From: Candidatus Stahliibacteriota bacterium
Lineage (GTDB): Bacteria > Hydrothermota > UBA3072
Assembly: GCA_004377355.1 (NCBI GenBank)
Contig: SOIB01000066.1
Location: forward strand, 1 to 52,030
Direction of reading: 5' to 3'
Length of the DNA: 52,030 bases
A program made the position numbers and the translations under genes. Below are positions 46,570 to 52,030 of the stretch, piece by piece (the first letter of the stretch is position 1; every line of letters starts with the position of its first letter). Under the pieces are notes generated by a model. The model saw only the letters and a program-made list of their open reading frames with translations, was not told the DNA's origin and did not search any database.

Positions 46570-47540
46570 ATATGAACCCACCATTTGCATATTTCTTCTC
46601 AATACTAATACTTCTTTTTGTTACTGCTTCTATAAAAAGGTCTCGAATAATTGACTATTTTGGAGATAAAATTTTGAGTAATAACAATGAGAGATTTGCA
46701 ACTATCTTATTGGTAATCTTATCTTATATACTATCTCCGCTTTTCCTTTCCTTTGTTCTTTTCTCATCCTTTGATAAATGGCTTCTAAGGTTCAGAAATA
46801 AATCCAGGATAAGTGTATTGCTACTCACTTCAACTTTACTTGGTGGAATTATTCTACCTTTTGGTAATATGAGAAATGTTTATATTACAATATTTTATGG
46901 AGGAGGTAGCCCAGGTATACTACTATCAGATTTTGTTAGAGTTATGTTCCCACTGTGGATTGCGGGTCTTATTATCTTACTTATATACTCATATTTTTCT
47001 ACAGTAAAGGATGAAATAAAACAAAAGAAAACAAAGACTAAATGGAGATGGAAGGAACTTGTGTTTTCGTTAATACTTTTAATTTTCATAATTGCTTATT
47101 TTAACGGAAAAATGAGTTCATTAGGATTTCTCTTTATCACTGGAGCGTTCTCCTTCGCCTTTATAAGCATGGAAACACTAAAGCAGGTTGATTGGTGGGT
47201 GCTTATTCCTGCTGGTTTTGTCTTCGTTTTCTATTATCTATTAAACAACATAGATATCACTTTAAATGTATGGACAGGATTCTTCACTGGTAGTATATGT
47301 TCTCTTTTCTTATCATCCAACATATTATCTTACATTCTACCATTCTCCGGCATGGAAAGCCGATTTCTACTATACGCTATATCGGTTGGGGGATTGGGAG
47401 GAATTCTCGGAACCGCTGAAAGCATATTTATGTGGAGAAAAGGCAGGGTTGAACTAGATTGGAAGTTAATGCTCCGGATATACGGAATATGCCTCTTGGT
47501 TGCTTTATTAATACTAGTTTTAGGAGGTTTTTATGGATAA
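46566..47540 (+). CDS. polytopic membrane protein, degenerate ArsB/NhaD/CitM-like permease
   Basis: About ten TM helices; [13 protein letters not shown] and VDW motifs. Confidence 0.55.
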   Translation: MNMNPPFAYFFSILILLFVTASIKRSRIIDYFGDKILSNNNERFATILLVILSYILSPLFLSFVLFSSFDKWLLRFRNKSRISVLLLTSTLLGGIILPFGNMRNVYITIFYGGGSPGILLSDFVRVMFPLWIAGLIILLIYSYFSTVKDEIKQKKTKTKWRWKELVFSLILLIFIIAYFNGKMSSLGFLFITGAFSFAFISMETLKQVDWWVLIPAGFVFVFYYLLNNIDITLNVWTGFFTGSICSLFLSSNILSYILPFSGMESRFLLYAISVGGLGGILGTAESIFMWRKGRVELDWKLMLRIYGICLLVALLILVLGGFYG

Positions 47541-48573
47541 TGAAAAAAAGAAAGCGCTCGACTCCGTAATGAAACAGATTCAAAAACAATATGGGGATTG
47601 GGCGGTTATGAAACTGGGAAGTAAGAAAAGAGCAGATGTTCCCACAATTCCAACAGGTTCAATTTCTCTTGACCATGCTCTTGGTATTGGAGGAATACCC
47701 AGGGGCAGGGCAATTGAAATTTTCGGACAAGAAGCTTCTGGAAAGACCACTATTGCCCTTCATATTGCAGTAGAAGCACAAAAAAAAGGCGGAACAGTAG
47801 CATTTATCGATGTTGAACATGCTCTCGACCCTAAATACGCAGAGCAACTTGGTGTGAATATAGAGGATCTTCTTATATCTCAACCCGATACAGGGGAAGA
47901 GGCTCTCGAAATAGCAGAGATGTTAGTAAGAAGTGGTGCAGTCGACCTTATCATAGTAGACTCAGTTGCAGCGCTTGTTCCAAAGGCTGAAATAGAAGGA
48001 GAAATGGGGGATTCTCATATTGCACTCCGTGCACGCCTCATGTCACAAGCACTAAGGAAATTATCCGGTGTTATGAGTAAATCCTCTACCTCTGCAATTT
48101 TCGTCAATCAGGTTCGATATAAGATAGGTATTCAGTTTGGCAATCCCCTGACAACTCCTGGAGGTCTTGCATTGAAATTCCATACAACTATCAGGATGGA
48201 GATAAGAAATATAGGTGCAATTAAAAGGGAAACAGAATCTGTTGGTATGAGAGCAAAGATAAAAATTGTCAAGAATAAGCTTGCACCTCCTTTTAAAGAG
48301 GCTGAATTTGATATAATGTATGGAGTTGGAATATCAAAGGAAGGGGAATTAATTGATCTAGGTCAATCCCTAGGATTTGTTGAAAGGTCAGGCGCCTGGT
48401 ATAATTACGGAGATGTGAGTCTTGGTCAGGGACGTGAAAATGCAAAAGAATTCCTCAAAGAGAATCCCGAGATAAGTGATGACCTCGAGAGAAAAATAAG
48501 AGAAAAACTTAATATATCAGATGAGCAAGATAACAAGGATAGAGGAGCAGAAGAAGAAAAAGAACAGAGTTAA
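47533..48573 (+). CDS. recA: recombinase A
   Basis: [44 protein letters not shown]. Confidence 0.98.
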   Translation: MDNEKKKALDSVMKQIQKQYGDWAVMKLGSKKRADVPTIPTGSISLDHALGIGGIPRGRAIEIFGQEASGKTTIALHIAVEAQKKGGTVAFIDVEHALDPKYAEQLGVNIEDLLISQPDTGEEALEIAEMLVRSGAVDLIIVDSVAALVPKAEIEGEMGDSHIALRARLMSQALRKLSGVMSKSSTSAIFVNQVRYKIGIQFGNPLTTPGGLALKFHTTIRMEIRNIGAIKRETESVGMRAKIKIVKNKLAPPFKEAEFDIMYGVGISKEGELIDLGQSLGFVERSGAWYNYGDVSLGQGRENAKEFLKENPEISDDLERKIREKLNISDEQDNKDRGAEEEKEQS

Positions 48574-49126
48574 TATCTATATAGATGGTAAGTTTTCTCT
48601 AGGTTTGTATAAAGATACTCTAATAAAATACCATCTCTATGAAGGTAAAGATATTACGCAATCAGAAATTTCCCAGATAAAAAACCATGAAATTCTCACA
48701 GAAGCAAAAGAGAAAGCTCGAAATTACTTATCTTACAGAATACGTTCAAAAAAAGAAGTAAGTGATTACCTTTACCGGAAGCAAGTCAATAAAGATGTGG
48801 TTTATAAAGTAATAAGTGATTTTGATAATGCCGGACTTTTAGATGATCATGAATTTGCTCTTATGTGGGTAAAAGACAGAAGTATGAGAAATCCAAAAGG
48901 AAATTTCGTATTACGCCAAGAATTAAAAAATAAAGGAATTTCAGATTTAGATATCGAATTGGCATTAAGAGATATCGACGAAAGAGAAAATGCACTTAAG
49001 GCTGCATCTAAGGCTCATAAAAAATTTCAAGATAAGAATAAGATAATGGCGTATCTCGTACGACGTGGATTTTCACACTACCTATCAAAAGAAGTCATAG
49101 AAGAGTTATTGGAAGAAAGTCACTAG
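48521..49126 (+). CDS. recX: regulatory protein RecX
   Basis: ITRIE.QKK...[35 protein letters not shown]. Confidence 0.92.
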   Translation: MSKITRIEEQKKKKNRVNIYIDGKFSLGLYKDTLIKYHLYEGKDITQSEISQIKNHEILTEAKEKARNYLSYRIRSKKEVSDYLYRKQVNKDVVYKVISDFDNAGLLDDHEFALMWVKDRSMRNPKGNFVLRQELKNKGISDLDIELALRDIDERENALKAASKAHKKFQDKNKIMAYLVRRGFSHYLSKEVIEELLEESH

Positions 49127-49749
49127 TCCTAAGTCATTAGTCTCTCGCAAAGACACAAAGATATTCTAAAAAATAGTTAAATAGTTGAATAGTCAAATAG
49201 TTAATTAGTAACACTGGAGGGTTCGAGGATAATATAAGTCATTAGTCTATAGTCTTTAGTCAATGTTACACCAATACTTAAGAACCCAAGACCTAATTTC
49301 TATTGACTTTGGACGTAGGACTTCGGACCTCGGACTTTATATAAAAACTCGATAAACTAAAAAAACTAAATAAACTCAGTACTCCACACTTCGAACTAAC
49401 GGAAGACTCTCGACCCTCGACTCATGACTGAGTTCCCCATGCTTCTCTTATCAAATTTCTTCCAATCCCTAATCTTAACCTCGGTCTTCCGCCTCTAATC
49501 ATCGGTCATATTCAGCCACAGAGACACTGAGGATGTAGAGAAATCTCTAATTTATTGAAAATTGAAAAATGTATTGCAATCTACTGTCAAGAAGTCAATC
49601 CTCATCCCCCTCAAACGCAAATATATCTCAATGTCTAAATAGAGCCTGTGCGTCAAGCTGGGAAAATTGAGCTTGTCTTTTCGTATAACAAGTCCGAAGA
49701 ACATTTTCATACCATTTTTTATGACCTATGACTAAAGACTATTGACTCA
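49118..49749. repeat. mosaic of short 7-9 bp tandem arrays
   Basis: AGTCNNN x4 (49118, 49237), AATAGTYR x4 (49172), GGACNNN x5 (49304), WAAACTMRR x4 (49344), NGACNNN x4 (49404, 49722). Confidence 0.75.
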
Positions 49750-49756
49750 AGCTTAT

Positions 49757-49788
49757 AATAAAAACTGACTAAAAAGTCAGTTTTTATT
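49757..49788. terminator. bidirectional intrinsic terminator downstream of 23S
   Basis: Perfect 14 bp inverted repeat AATAAAAACTGACT-AAAA-AGTCAGTTTTTATT. Confidence 0.85.
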
Positions 49789-49823
49789 TTCTCTTTGACA
49801 ATTGAATAGATGTTTTATTATAT

Positions 49824-52030
<2,207 letters not shown>

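Noticed and set aside
897-47883. Numerous 60-185 aa ORFs antisense to or nested in identified genes
   Set aside because: No recognisable motifs; expected shadows of strongly biased coding strands
49118-49749. CRISPR array
   Set aside because: Units are 7-9 bp in tandem, with no spacers and no cas genes

Overview
AT-rich bacterial chromosome segment, mostly housekeeping genes. A PorV-family gene plus T9SS/FlgD-type sorting domains, MglA and CheD suggest an FCB-group or related lineage such as WOR-3 (inference only). Left half: thyX, cobO, a cNMP-sensing histidine kinase, pncB, serS, two tandem Crp paralogues, efp, aminopeptidase P, an acidic TPR protein, dCMP deaminase, ybaK, suhB, a beta-propeller, lolA, ftsK, NFACT/rqcH, tatC, a ROK kinase, pnp, rpsO, ribF, truB, porV, acyP and apt. 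Centre (25.3-30.8 kb): an accessory block with a sigma54/IHF-type promoter, an apparently truncated type IV pilin, a four-gene chaperone-usher-like cassette (two pilin-like subunits, a chaperone, a barrel with SdrD-B domains) and a small T9SS-type cargo gene, then tRNA-Ile2 and tRNA-Val. Right half: one long operon, accB-pilT/U-accC-thiE-mglA-DnaA-like ATPase-DUF4388/MshEN/TPR-cheR-cheD-cheB-TPR-cheW-MCP-cheW-pgpA-cinA-thpR-permease-recA-recX, with no CheA, CheY or MglB in the window. It is followed by a mosaic of short tandem repeats and the 3' part of a minus-strand 23S rRNA gene that ends in a terminator with no linked 5S. Best candidates for an undescribed system: the chaperone-usher-like cassette, the MglA/DnaA-like/Che polarity module and the dispersed short-repeat family. 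All calls come from reading motifs by eye; no database searches were run.
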